Source: an archaeon (GTDB taxonomy: Archaea > SpSt-1190 > DYHY01). From it: a stretch of DNA of 25,552 bases. The DNA is taken from the NCBI GenBank assembly GCA_043803745.1, contig JAZDJS010000001.1, positions 1 through 25,552 on the forward strand, in the 5' to 3' direction. Below are positions 8,741 through 17,022 of this stretch, one piece after another (positions within the stretch are counted from its first letter, which is position 1; every line of letters begins with the position of its first letter). Under the pieces are notes generated by a model. The model made no database searches and was not told where the DNA came from. It worked only from the letters and a program-made list of their open reading frames with translations. The position numbers were made by a program, and so were the translations under genes.

Positions 8741-8956
8741 GGCGCTCGTCCGCGGGGCTCGGTTTTAAGCAATTGGCCCGCCGGAAAACAAGCCTTAAAA
8801 AAGGGCTGACGGGGCGCCGCCGGTTCGGAAGCGGCTGCCTAGTCCGCGCTGATCTGCACGCCACAGCCAAGGCTGGATCAAGCCACAGCGTGAGAGTTCG
8901 CGCGGTTCAACCTGGCAAGGATATGTTTCTCTCCGGACGATGACTCAGGATAAAAC

Positions 8957-8964
8957 GTTAAAAA
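8957..8964 (+). promoter_or_regulatory. Putative TATA box of tRNA-Gly
   Basis: GTTAAAAA about 27-34 nt upstream of the tRNA 5' end. Confidence 0.5.
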
Positions 8965-8990
8965 CCTCCGAGAAGCGATTCCCCGTAGCT

Positions 8991-9063
8991 GCGGCTATCA
9001 TCTAGCCTGGTAGGATTCGAGCCTTCCAAGCTCGCAACGCGGGTTCAAATCCCGCTGGCCGCA
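8991..9063 (+). tRNA. tRNA-Gly (anticodon TCC), no intron, CCA not encoded
   Basis: Acceptor GCGGCTA/TGGCCGC plus discriminator A; anticodon arm CGAGC-CT TCC AA-GCTCG; T arm GCGGG-TTCAAAT-CCCGC. Confidence 0.95.
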
Positions 9064-9178
9064 CTCGAACCCATTTTTCGGAAGACGGGAATTCTCGCTT
9101 TCAATCTATTCCCTTCCATTTTTCAGAATTTGAAACGGCGGAGAGCGACCGGACCCCATTTGCAATAGCGCAAACTGC

Positions 9179-9895
9179 CTAGCAGTCCGAATCCGAAAGA
9201 ATCTTCATCCCTATGAACTTGCCATCCTTCATCTCGTGCATGATGCTCGCGAATCTCACTCCGCGCGCCTGCTCCAGGATTGCCGGGACGAGGAAATCCA
9301 GGTCGGGAATCCGTTTCCGTTTCAGCATCTCAGAAGGCGTCAAGAAGGCGTTCCTTCCCTCAATCTGGTTTCGAATTAACGTTCCCTTCGGGTTCTCCCC
9401 GAGATACCAGAAGCCGATGGCATGATGGACGCACCTTCCACTCTCTGTGTTCACCGTTATCAAATTCGTTATCAACCTTAGCTTCAGGTCCGCTTTGAGT
9501 CCAGTCTCCTCTAATAGCTCGCGCCTTGCCTCGTCCTCAGGGGGTTTGCCGAACTCTACCTTTCCGCCAATCATGCCAAAGTAGCCTAGAAACGGCTGCG
9601 CGTTCCTCAGCTTCAGAAGGACCTTTCCCCCCGGGCCCCTGACAAGGACATAGGCGCCCACTATGGGCGGCTCCTTTCTCTCGCCGGTTGTGCCCTCGAT
9701 TCTTCCCATCAGTTCCATTCCTTTGTCGGTAAGCCGATAGACGTCTCTTTGCTTCTCAACAATTTTCTGCGAAACAAGATTCCTCAAATGGTATGCGAAC
9801 TTGCTTGAGGGGGTGCTGCCCCGCAGCTCGTTGTAGGAGAATTCCTTCCCGGTCTTGAATTTCAGGAGCATTCCCGTTTCTATCTCACCCGCCAT
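9179..9895 (-). CDS. N-terminal winged-HTH fused to a Nudix hydrolase domain
   Basis: SYNEL..SSKFAYHLRNL...Y.LT.KG (wHTH) and Nudix box GGKVEFG..PEDEARRELLEETG. Start moved to ATG 9895 because TTTATATT lies about 25 nt upstream of it. Confidence 0.85.
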   Translation of the reverse strand: MAGEIETGMLLKFKTGKEFSYNELRGSTPSSKFAYHLRNLVSQKIVEKQRDVYRLTDKGMELMGRIEGTTGERKEPPIVGAYVLVRGPGGKVLLKLRNAQPFLGYFGMIGGKVEFGKPPEDEARRELLEETGLKADLKLRLITNLITVNTESGRCVHHAIGFWYLGENPKGTLIRNQIEGRNAFLTPSEMLKRKRIPDLDFLVPAILEQARGVRFASIMHEMKDGKFIGMKILSDSDC

Positions 9896-9981
9896 ATTCC
9901 TTCTCAGGAAGCGCCCAATATAAAGAAAAATGTAAAAAAATGTTGACAAGGAGATGAGGGCTAACTCGGAGCCCGTCTTCT

Positions 9982-10536
9982 TCATCTCCTCAGCAAATCC
10001 GATCTTGTGAGTATCCCGCTCACTCGCCCCTCTCTCGAGGAGATTAGGACTGCGGAAAACCGCTTCAAGAATTCGGAGGCGTCCTCTATTCCCGTCCCTT
10101 CCGGGACGACTGGGAAGGGCGGACCCATTATCTCAGAAGCCTGCTTCCTGGAAAGCGCCTCCCGTCCGAAGCGGACGGATGCCTCGAGGAGGACCCTTTC
10201 CGAAATGCTTCCCACCGCGACACCTCCCCGGAAAACCGGGAGCTGGGAAATCCCCCGGTCCCGCATTATCTTGATTATTCTCTCAGCCGGCGCATCAGAT
10301 TCGACGGAAACGACCCTCTTGTTCATGAACTTCTCGACGCTTCCGGTCCCGCGCCCCCGCTTCGAATCCAGGAGCTCGAAGAGGAGCTTCGCAGCGGCAT
10401 AGGAAATCCTACTTTCCCCCCGCTCAGCCTTTGAAATGACCGACTGCGGAATTCCGGAGAGTTCCGAGAGCGCTGTCTGGCTCATACCCAGGGCCTTCCG
10501 CGCACCCCTTATTTCCGAAATTTCCGGGAGAAGCAT
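9982..10536 (-). CDS. XRE-type HTH plus tandem CBS domain transcriptional regulator (COG3620-like)
   Basis: IR.ARK.LGMSQ..L...SGIPQS.ISK.ERG followed by a CBS pair (ISQLPV..G..VGSISE; PPFPVV; GILTRSDLL). Confidence 0.9.
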   Translation of the reverse strand: MLLPEISEIRGARKALGMSQTALSELSGIPQSVISKAERGESRISYAAAKLLFELLDSKRGRGTGSVEKFMNKRVVSVESDAPAERIIKIMRDRGISQLPVFRGGVAVGSISERVLLEASVRFGREALSRKQASEIMGPPFPVVPEGTGIEDASEFLKRFSAVLISSREGRVSGILTRSDLLRR

Positions 10537-10609
10537 ATTCCTTTCTGAATATTCCTATTCCTTAAAGAATTTCCGTTTTCTTTTTAACCGGCGGGTAGGA
10601 AGCCGCCCG

Positions 10610-11809
10610 ATGGCAGGAAAAACGAAGAGGAACATTGTCGTCGAGAAGCTTGCTTCGCGCCACATCGAGGACATCGCGACCGAGATGGTCGAGCGCAAGG
10701 GGATAGGGCATCCAGACAGCATAATGGACGGGATGATGGAGGAGGTTTCCCGCGAGCTTTGCAAATATTACATCAAGAAGTTCGGATATATTCTCCATCA
10801 CAACACCGACAAGGGGCAGCTCTCAAGCGGCTCATCCGCGCCGGTTTTCGGCGGAGGAAGCATTCTGAGCCCGATTAACATAGTCCTTTCGGGACAGGCA
10901 ACTGACCGGGCCGGAAACGACGAGATCCCGGTTTCCGAGCTGGCAATACAAACCGCCAGAAGCTATCTTAACAAGGCGGTTCCGAGAATGGCCAATTTCG
11001 AAGGGGCCGACTTTGAATCGAGGATTGTGATGGGCTCGACGGACCTGAGGGACAACTTCAGCAGGAAAATCCCCGGGGCGAACGACACAAGCTTCGGCGT
11101 CGGATTCGCGCCGTTCAGCAGGATCGAGAAGCTTGTGTACGAGACCGAGCTTTTCCTGAACAGCTCCAAATACAAGAGGAAGAACCCGGCTGTCGGAGAG
11201 GACATAAAAGTGATGGGCCTCCGGCAAGGAGACCGCGCGGTCCTGACAATTGCCGCCGCGCTCGTTTCCTCCGAGCTGAAAAGCCTTGAGGAATACCTCG
11301 CATGCAGGCAAAAGATTCTCAAGGATGTTGCTGCCTTTTCAAAAGAAACATCTCCCCTTAGGACCGAGGTTGTCGTCAACAATCTCGACTCCTCCAAGCG
11401 CAAGTCCGTCTACATAACAGTCACCGGAACCTCGGCTGAGATGGGCGACGCCGGAGCTGTCGGGCGGGGCAACAGGGTCAACGGCCTGATAACCCCCGCA
11501 AGGCCGATGAGCCTTGAGGCCGCCGCCGGGAAGAATCCCGTAAGGCACGTCGGGAAAATCTACAACCTCCTTGCTAACGAGGCTGCAAAGGCGATTGTCG
11601 CGGAGGTCCCGTCAATCAAGGAGTGCCAGGTGAAGCTCCTTTCCCAGATAGGAAGGCCTATTGACGACCCCCTTGTCGCGGAGCTCCAGATACTTTCGAA
11701 GAGGGAAAAGGAGGATTTCCAGCTTGCCAAGAAAATACTTGACCGGGAGCTTGCGGACATATTGTCGATAACCCAGAAGGTTGTTTCCGGGAAGCTTTCG
11801 GTGTTTTAA
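10610..11809 (+). CDS. mat: Archaeal-type S-adenosylmethionine synthetase
   Basis: [70 protein letters not shown]. Start placed at ATG 10610 with TTTTTAA at 10581-10587. Confidence 0.96.
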   Translation: MAGKTKRNIVVEKLASRHIEDIATEMVERKGIGHPDSIMDGMMEEVSRELCKYYIKKFGYILHHNTDKGQLSSGSSAPVFGGGSILSPINIVLSGQATDRAGNDEIPVSELAIQTARSYLNKAVPRMANFEGADFESRIVMGSTDLRDNFSRKIPGANDTSFGVGFAPFSRIEKLVYETELFLNSSKYKRKNPAVGEDIKVMGLRQGDRAVLTIAAALVSSELKSLEEYLACRQKILKDVAAFSKETSPLRTEVVVNNLDSSKRKSVYITVTGTSAEMGDAGAVGRGNRVNGLITPARPMSLEAAAGKNPVRHVGKIYNLLANEAAKAIVAEVPSIKECQVKLLSQIGRPIDDPLVAELQILSKREKEDFQLAKKILDRELADILSITQKVVSGKLSVF

Positions 11810-11837
11810 AAAGCGGCGCGCGCGCAAAACAGGGAAA

Positions 11838-12755
11838 ATGGCTGCCGAACCGGTAGAGCTTGGGCGCAAGGGGGTTTTCTATTTTCCTGGAAGGGTCAAC
11901 TCGGGCCTGATCTCCCCGAACGGAAAGCAGGGCGTGCTCATTGACAGCGGAATTGACGAGGATTCCGGGCGGCGGCTCCTTTCCGGCTGCCAGGCCAAAG
12001 GCATTGGGATTTCCGCAATACTCAACACTCACGGGCACTCCGACCATTTCTCGGGGAACGCGATAATAGTTGAACGGACCGGCGCAAAGGTTTTCGCGCC
12101 CGAAACCGATTCAGCGATAATCCGGAATCCCTCCCTTGAGCCCTATTTCCTCTGGGGGATGGCCGCCCCCCCGAAGGAAGCAAGAAACAAATTCCTGCAG
12201 GGAACTCCGTGCAAGGTCGATGAACTTGTCAGCGAGGGGAAATTTTCCGCGGCCGGATTCGAGCTTGAGGCGATTTCCCTTCCGGGACATTCGGCAGGCC
12301 AGACGGGATATCTTTTCTCGAAAATCCTTTTCGCAGGGGATGCCTTTTTCTCGGGCGAGTCCCTCTTCAAGCACAAAATCCTGTTCTGTTCGGACGTTTC
12401 CTCCGCGCTAGCATCAATAGGCAAGCTTGAAGCCCTCGTGAAAGAGGGCCGGGTCGAAACGATTGTCCCGGGACATGGGGAGCCCGCAAGCGGGAACGCT
12501 CTTGCAAAGACCCTTGGGGATAACCGCGCTTCTCTTGAGGCTGCCTCGGAGGCAATCCTCTCCCTTTTTGGGGGCGAGCCGAAGACAGACCAGGAGCTTT
12601 TGAAGGAATATTCCGACCGGGAGGGCACGGTCCTCAACTTCACGCAATACGTTCTCCATCTGACAACTTTCCGCGCCCAGCTCACGCATCTCCAGGCAAC
12701 CGGGCGCGCATCCTGCAAGATGAGTGAAAACCGGCTGGTCTGGGAGAAAAGTTAA
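11838..12755 (+). CDS. Metallo-beta-lactamase-fold hydrolase (glyoxalase II-like)
   Basis: LIDSG, NTHGHSDH, LPGHS, FAGDA, VPGHG; start at ATG 11838. Confidence 0.9.
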   Translation: MAAEPVELGRKGVFYFPGRVNSGLISPNGKQGVLIDSGIDEDSGRRLLSGCQAKGIGISAILNTHGHSDHFSGNAIIVERTGAKVFAPETDSAIIRNPSLEPYFLWGMAAPPKEARNKFLQGTPCKVDELVSEGKFSAAGFELEAISLPGHSAGQTGYLFSKILFAGDAFFSGESLFKHKILFCSDVSSALASIGKLEALVKEGRVETIVPGHGEPASGNALAKTLGDNRASLEAASEAILSLFGGEPKTDQELLKEYSDREGTVLNFTQYVLHLTTFRAQLTHLQATGRASCKMSENRLVWEKS

Positions 12756-12781
12756 AACACACCAGTTCCTTTGGAGAGAAA

Positions 12782-13273
12782 ATGGCAGTTGAGCTGGAGC
12801 TGGTTAGCATCGAGAACCCGGAAACCCATGAGGTTATACTCGGGCAGGGGAATTTTTCAGTCAAGACAATCGACGACCTTTACACAATCGTCTACTCTGC
12901 AGTTCCGAATGCAAAGTTCGGGATTGCGATGAACGAGGCAAAGCCGAAGCTTATCCGAGTTACCGGGAATGACGAAACCGCGAAAGCGCTTGCGGCAAAA
13001 GCCGCTCTCGGAATCGCTGCCGGGCACATTTTCGCGATTTTCCTGAAGGACGCATATCCGATACAGGTCCTCTCCGCCGTTCGCGCCCATCCCTGTGTTG
13101 CCGGAATCTATTGCGCAACGAGCAATCCTCTTCAGGTAATAGTTGCCAGGACGGGGCTTGGCGCATCGGTTTTAGGGGTTGTTGACGGGAGCGCTGCCGA
13201 AAGGGTCGAGACCCCCGAAGAGAAAGCCGGGCGAAGGGAAATGGTTAAAACCTTCGGATTCATGCCCAAGTGA
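12782..13273 (+). CDS. DUF355 / 'adenosine-specific kinase' family protein (PAE2307-like)
   Basis: VILGQ..F..KT.DDL, KFGIA.NEA, GND, AGH.F, YPI.VL, IYCAT.NP.QVIVA, GVVDG. Confidence 0.85.
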   Translation: MAVELELVSIENPETHEVILGQGNFSVKTIDDLYTIVYSAVPNAKFGIAMNEAKPKLIRVTGNDETAKALAAKAALGIAAGHIFAIFLKDAYPIQVLSAVRAHPCVAGIYCATSNPLQVIVARTGLGASVLGVVDGSAAERVETPEEKAGRREMVKTFGFMPK

Positions 13274-13281
13274 GATATCAG

Positions 13282-14088
13282 ATGGCGGAAAAAAAGACCA
13301 AACAGAAATTAGCTCCCAGTAAGCAGAATGACAAGATATACCTTGTCTACATGGCAGTTTCCCTGCTCGTTGTCGCAATGCTTTTCCTCCTTCCGAAGGA
13401 AGGATTCGTCTCGGACTATGCCAGATACCTGATAATCGGCATTTCCCAGACTGCAGTCGTTGCTTTTGCGGCAGTCATGGGCATCCTTGCTGTACGGAAG
13501 TTCACGCTTCAGAGCGCGATGGGATGGGGGATTTTCCTAATCTCCCTTGGCGTTGCAAGCTGGGCAATCGCGAACACAATATGGACCGTATACACCCTTG
13601 TCGGGGTTGACATGCCATACCCGTCTGTTGCCGACATATTCTATGTGGGCATAATCCCCTTAACCCTGGCCGGAGTATACACGCTTTTCCGTTCATTCGG
13701 TTTCAAGCTCGACCTGAAAACGACTTTGAAATATGCAATCCTCCCGGTTATTGTCGGAAGCGGGATTTTCTACATTTTCGTTATTGACAAGATGTTCGAA
13801 AAGGTCGGCCTTCTAATGAAGGCGCTTAACATAACATACCCCCTAGGGGACGTTCTTTTCGTTTCATTCGCCCTTTTCGTGCTTGCTGCTACAAAGGGCT
13901 CCGCAATGTTCAAACCGACCGCAATATTGCTCGGAGGCTACCTCGTATTCTCAATCGCAGATCTTGGATTCGTTCTGACAACCTCCCTCGGGACCTATTA
14001 CACGGGCTGCTGGGTAACTGGGCTCTTCACGCTCGGGTTCGCAATAGTAGGCGCGGGGCTCTATTCCTTCAAGGAAGTTTTCGACTGA
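13282..14088 (+). CDS. Polytopic membrane protein (about 7-8 TM) resembling membrane sensor domains found N-terminal to GGDEF/kinase domains
   Basis: Multiple hydrophobic segments; W...N.IW..Y, PYPSVADIFY, YPLGD, IAD..F, G.YYTG motifs. Confidence 0.7.
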   Translation: MAEKKTKQKLAPSKQNDKIYLVYMAVSLLVVAMLFLLPKEGFVSDYARYLIIGISQTAVVAFAAVMGILAVRKFTLQSAMGWGIFLISLGVASWAIANTIWTVYTLVGVDMPYPSVADIFYVGIIPLTLAGVYTLFRSFGFKLDLKTTLKYAILPVIVGSGIFYIFVIDKMFEKVGLLMKALNITYPLGDVLFVSFALFVLAATKGSAMFKPTAILLGGYLVFSIADLGFVLTTSLGTYYTGCWVTGLFTLGFAIVGAGLYSFKEVFD

Positions 14089-14089
14089 A

Positions 14090-14713
14090 ATGGCCGCGGT
14101 TAAGGGGATTGTCTTCGACCTTGACGGGGTTTACTTCCTCAAGGGCAAGGAGAATTTCATTTCGAACCTCGGCAAGGTATATGGCGTGTCCGAAACCGAT
14201 GCAAGGCGCGTATTCCTGAAAAGCAGGGAAATGAACAACCTTTACAAGGCGGGAAAGATGAACGGGGACGAGTTCTGGGCGTTCGCCTGCAAGGAATGGA
14301 AAATCAAGGCAACCAAGGAAGAGCTTGTCAGTCTCCTGATTTCCGGATACGAGGTCAACAGGGAAGCGGAGAAGATTTCCCAAACCCTGAGGACGGCCGG
14401 CTACAAGCTCCTCGTATGCACGAACAATTTCAAGGAGCGACTCGACGGGCTTGAGAAGCGGTTCGGAATCTCGAAGATTTTCGGGACAATAGTCTCTTCC
14501 CACCAGATTGGCGCGCTCAAGCCGGGGCGCGAAATATTCTCCAAGCTTGCTGAGCGAGCAAAGCTTGCGCCGGGCGAGATTTTCCTTGCCGATGACCATA
14601 AGGAGAATGTTGAAGCCGCAAAGGCGTTCGGAATCAACGCAGTCCTTTACGAGGATTTCGCTGGATTTGTCCAGAATCTGAAGAAAGCGGGAGTCAAGGT
14701 AGACCTTTTCTGA
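14090..14713 (+). CDS. HAD-superfamily phosphatase (subfamily IA, YihX-like)
   Basis: IVFDLDGV, CTNN, SH.IG..KP...IF, LADD..ENV.AA...GI. Confidence 0.9.
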   Translation: MAAVKGIVFDLDGVYFLKGKENFISNLGKVYGVSETDARRVFLKSREMNNLYKAGKMNGDEFWAFACKEWKIKATKEELVSLLISGYEVNREAEKISQTLRTAGYKLLVCTNNFKERLDGLEKRFGISKIFGTIVSSHQIGALKPGREIFSKLAERAKLAPGEIFLADDHKENVEAAKAFGINAVLYEDFAGFVQNLKKAGVKVDLF

Positions 14714-14731
14714 ATCCCAATCAGCGCAGAG

Positions 14732-14839
14732 CGAACCTGAATCTCTTGTTCGTCCGAACCGCGGGGGAGGCTTCCCCCTCAGTTTGAGGTTCCTCCTGAA
14801 CCCCCTCGATTCCGTATAACGAACCTGAATCTCTTGTTC
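14732..14839. repeat. 20-bp perfect direct repeat flanking a 68-bp GC-rich palindromic segment
   Basis: CGAACCTGAATCTCTTGTTC at 14732-14751 and 14820-14839; internal hairpin GGGGGAG-GC-TTCCCCC. Confidence 0.9.
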
Positions 14840-15513
14840 TTCTTCCCCTTGCTCTCATACCCGCTGAATTCGAGCGAGCCAATTTCTATGAGCGAGCCGA
14901 CATGGCAGCCCCCGTCCGGCTGGGCGTCGACCCCGACGATTTCCACAATCCTGACTGTCTGGAGCGCCGGAGGTAGGCCCATGGCAAGCTTGACAAGCTC
15001 GGGCCTTTTCTCAAGCTCGTTTCGGGCAATTTCATAGACCTTGACTGGAAGGTTCTGCCCAATCAGGGAGTTTGCCTTTGCGAAAATCTCCTCAAGCTTT
15101 CCCTTGTCGAACGTTTCCCAGTCTATGTCTATTCTCCCGCCGTCAACATCCAGGTTGTTCCCGGTGACGAGGACTGAGAGCTCCTTGTTCATTATTCCAA
15201 TCAGCAAATGGGCGGTGGTATGATATCTTGAGAGAATCCGCCTTCTGGCCGAATCAACTTTCCCAACTATTTCCTCTCCAACTACAAGCCCCGGCCTGTC
15301 AAGCTCATGGATTATTCTAGGTCCCTCCTTCCTGACACTCAGGACCTGGAAAACCTCTCCGTTCCTCTCAATAGTCCCTCTGTCCTCCGCAACTCCCCCG
15401 GATTTGGGATAGAAAGCCGTCCTGTCAAGCTCGATTTTGTTGCCCTCGGCAAAGACCACCTTCGCGTCGAACTCGAAAAGTTCCATGTCCTTTTGGTAGA
15501 GCAGTTCAGTCAT
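14779..15513 (-). CDS. alaX: Alanyl-tRNA editing protein AlaX-M
   Basis: MTELLY..D, LDRTAFYP.SGG...D.G, HTTAH, RIVEI.G.D.Q.DGGCHV...EIG, KGK.NKR. Confidence 0.92.
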   Translation of the reverse strand: MTELLYQKDMELFEFDAKVVFAEGNKIELDRTAFYPKSGGVAEDRGTIERNGEVFQVLSVRKEGPRIIHELDRPGLVVGEEIVGKVDSARRRILSRYHTTAHLLIGIMNKELSVLVTGNNLDVDGGRIDIDWETFDKGKLEEIFAKANSLIGQNLPVKVYEIARNELEKRPELVKLAMGLPPALQTVRIVEIVGVDAQPDGGCHVGSLIEIGSLEFSGYESKGKKNKRFRFVIRNRGGSGGTSN

Positions 15514-16205
15514 TTTCCCGGCCTCTTGAGCACAAGCTCCTCCTCCGGAGCGTCCTTTTCAAGGTTTTCAACTATTTTCCCGGCAACGAAAGAAGGATCC
15601 ATGAAATTCTCCCAATCAGCCGGCTTGCGCTCGTTATGGAAATCGGTCCGCATCCCGCCGGGATAGATGTTGATTACCTTGATTCCTTCTTCGGCTCCGC
15701 AATGCCGCAAGGATTGGGCAAACCCGGTTGCAGCGAACTTGCTCGCGGTATATGCCGGGGACCTTTTCGATTTCGCCTCAAGGCCCGCGGTTGAGATGAC
15801 GTTGACAATCATCCCACCCCCCTGTTTCTTCATCTGCAGGAAAACCGCCTTTGAAACTGCCATCAACCCGAAGACATTCACCTCGAACATTTCCCTTACG
15901 CGCGCCAGGTCAAGCTCCTCCAAATCCTGCGGAATCCAGATTCCTGCATTGTTCACGAGAATGTCGATTCTTCCGAACTTTTCAACCACCTTCTTGACAA
16001 GGGTTCCGATTTCATGCCCGTCTGTCACGTCGCACTTGACTGCGAAGGAACTTGCAAGTTCCCCTTCAACTGCTTTCAACAACTGCTCTGACCTCCCGGC
16101 AAGGACGACCCGCGCTCCCCGGGCTCCGGCCTCCTTTGCAAGGGCTTTTCCAAGGCCCCTGGACGCGCCGGTGACAATCATGACTTTTCCCTTTAGTTCG
16201 ACCAT
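15510..16205 (-). CDS. Short-chain dehydrogenase/reductase (classical SDR)
   Basis: TGASRGLG, CDVT, NNAG, YTASK. Start at ATG 16205; the stop overlaps the alaX start (ATGA). Confidence 0.92.
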   Translation of the reverse strand: MVELKGKVMIVTGASRGLGKALAKEAGARGARVVLAGRSEQLLKAVEGELASSFAVKCDVTDGHEIGTLVKKVVEKFGRIDILVNNAGIWIPQDLEELDLARVREMFEVNVFGLMAVSKAVFLQMKKQGGGMIVNVISTAGLEAKSKRSPAYTASKFAATGFAQSLRHCGAEEGIKVINIYPGGMRTDFHNERKPADWENFMDPSFVAGKIVENLEKDAPEEELVLKRPGK

Positions 16206-16408
16206 TTGCAGCCTGCTCAAGACTGACAAATTGAAAAAGCTTTCCTTTCGTTCAAGGACTGAGAGAAACAACGGATATAAACTCAAATCCCCCTTTTCGG
16301 GATGGCCGCGTCGCCCAATTCATTCCTGAAAACAGTTTCCGAAAGACGTGCCTGCAAGAAATTCTCCGGAAAGGCACTTGCCTAGAAGAACCTGCCGTAG
16401 GATAGGTA

Positions 16409-16459
16409 AGTGCAGGAGGAGGCCGAGACATCAGCCGAGGTCTCCGGCTGCACGAGGAG
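16409..16459 (-). repeat. Two downstream copies of the tRNA-Leu 3' end
   Basis: AGTGCAGGAGGAGG at 16409-16422 is identical to 16472-16485; TGCACGAGGAG at 16449-16459 matches 10/11. Confidence 0.8.
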
Positions 16460-16473
16460 CTTGAAGCGACGAG

Positions 16474-16557
16474 TGCAGGAGGAGGGATTTGAACCCACGA
16501 AGGCACTAAGCCACAGGATCCTAAGTCCTGCCCCGTTGACCGCTTGGGTACCCCTGC
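16474..16557 (-). tRNA. tRNA-Leu (anticodon TAG), long variable arm, CCA not encoded
   Basis: Acceptor GCAGGGG/CTCCTGC plus A; anticodon arm CAGGA-CT TAG GA-TCCTG; variable arm GGC-TTAGT-GCC; T loop TTCAAAT (one T:T mismatch in the T stem). TTAAAAA lies about 29 nt upstream. Confidence 0.95.
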
Positions 16558-16590
16558 TTGCTCCGTTCTTCCAGTTTTTATCCGGTTTTT

Positions 16591-16660
16591 AAGGCACTAG
16601 GCCGCGGGATCCCAAGTCCTGCCCCTTCCCGTTCGGGTTTGACCGCTTGGGTACCCCTGT
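16591..16660 (-). pseudogene. Degenerate partial copy of the tRNA-Leu 5' two-thirds (anticodon position TGG, ~12-nt insertion at the D loop, no T arm)
   Basis: Minus strand ACAGGGGTACCCAAGCGGTCAA[ACCCGAACGGGA]AGGGGCAGGACTTGGGATCCCGCGGCCTAGTGCCTT aligns with the adjacent tRNA. Confidence 0.8.
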
Positions 16661-17022
16661 ATAAGCTTCTCGGCAGGATTTTCTAACTCCGTTCCGCCTC
16701 GAACCTTATGCGCCATTCCCAAGGACTTTGCTTAAAAAATCTTTGAATATTAGCTCAGCCGCTTGTGCTCCTCAGAGCATCTCAGGTTCGTGCCTTCGAG
16801 GTACCCCCGCGTTTTTAAGTTTCTGGAGCTTCTGGAGCAAGGCACCCAATATATTAGTTTCCTCAAACATCAACGCGCCAGAGACTCATGTCCTTGCCCA
16901 AACGCAGACGTCCGAATTACCGGAAAACCAATCCGCTCCGCTAAAAGCTAGGACCTATCCCTTTCAGCAAGCCGCTGAGAACGCAAAGTTTTATAACAGA
17001 CTATAACAGATTACAGCAAGAA

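Noticed and set aside
14895-14925. AlaX zinc motif DGGCH instead of CGGTH
   Set aside because: Asp-for-Cys variants are, as I recall, already known among archaeal AlaX-M proteins.
16420-16473. GC-TCCTCGT-GC just 3' of tRNA-Leu resembles the P3/L3 of an HDV-like (theta) ribozyme
   Set aside because: No P1 helix can be built in the required order. The motif is better explained as a degenerate copy of the tRNA 3' end.
16728-17006. Short ORFs, and a GGTACCCCCGC motif resembling the tRNA-Leu 5' end
   Set aside because: No protein-like features, and the match is too short to count as another tRNA relic.
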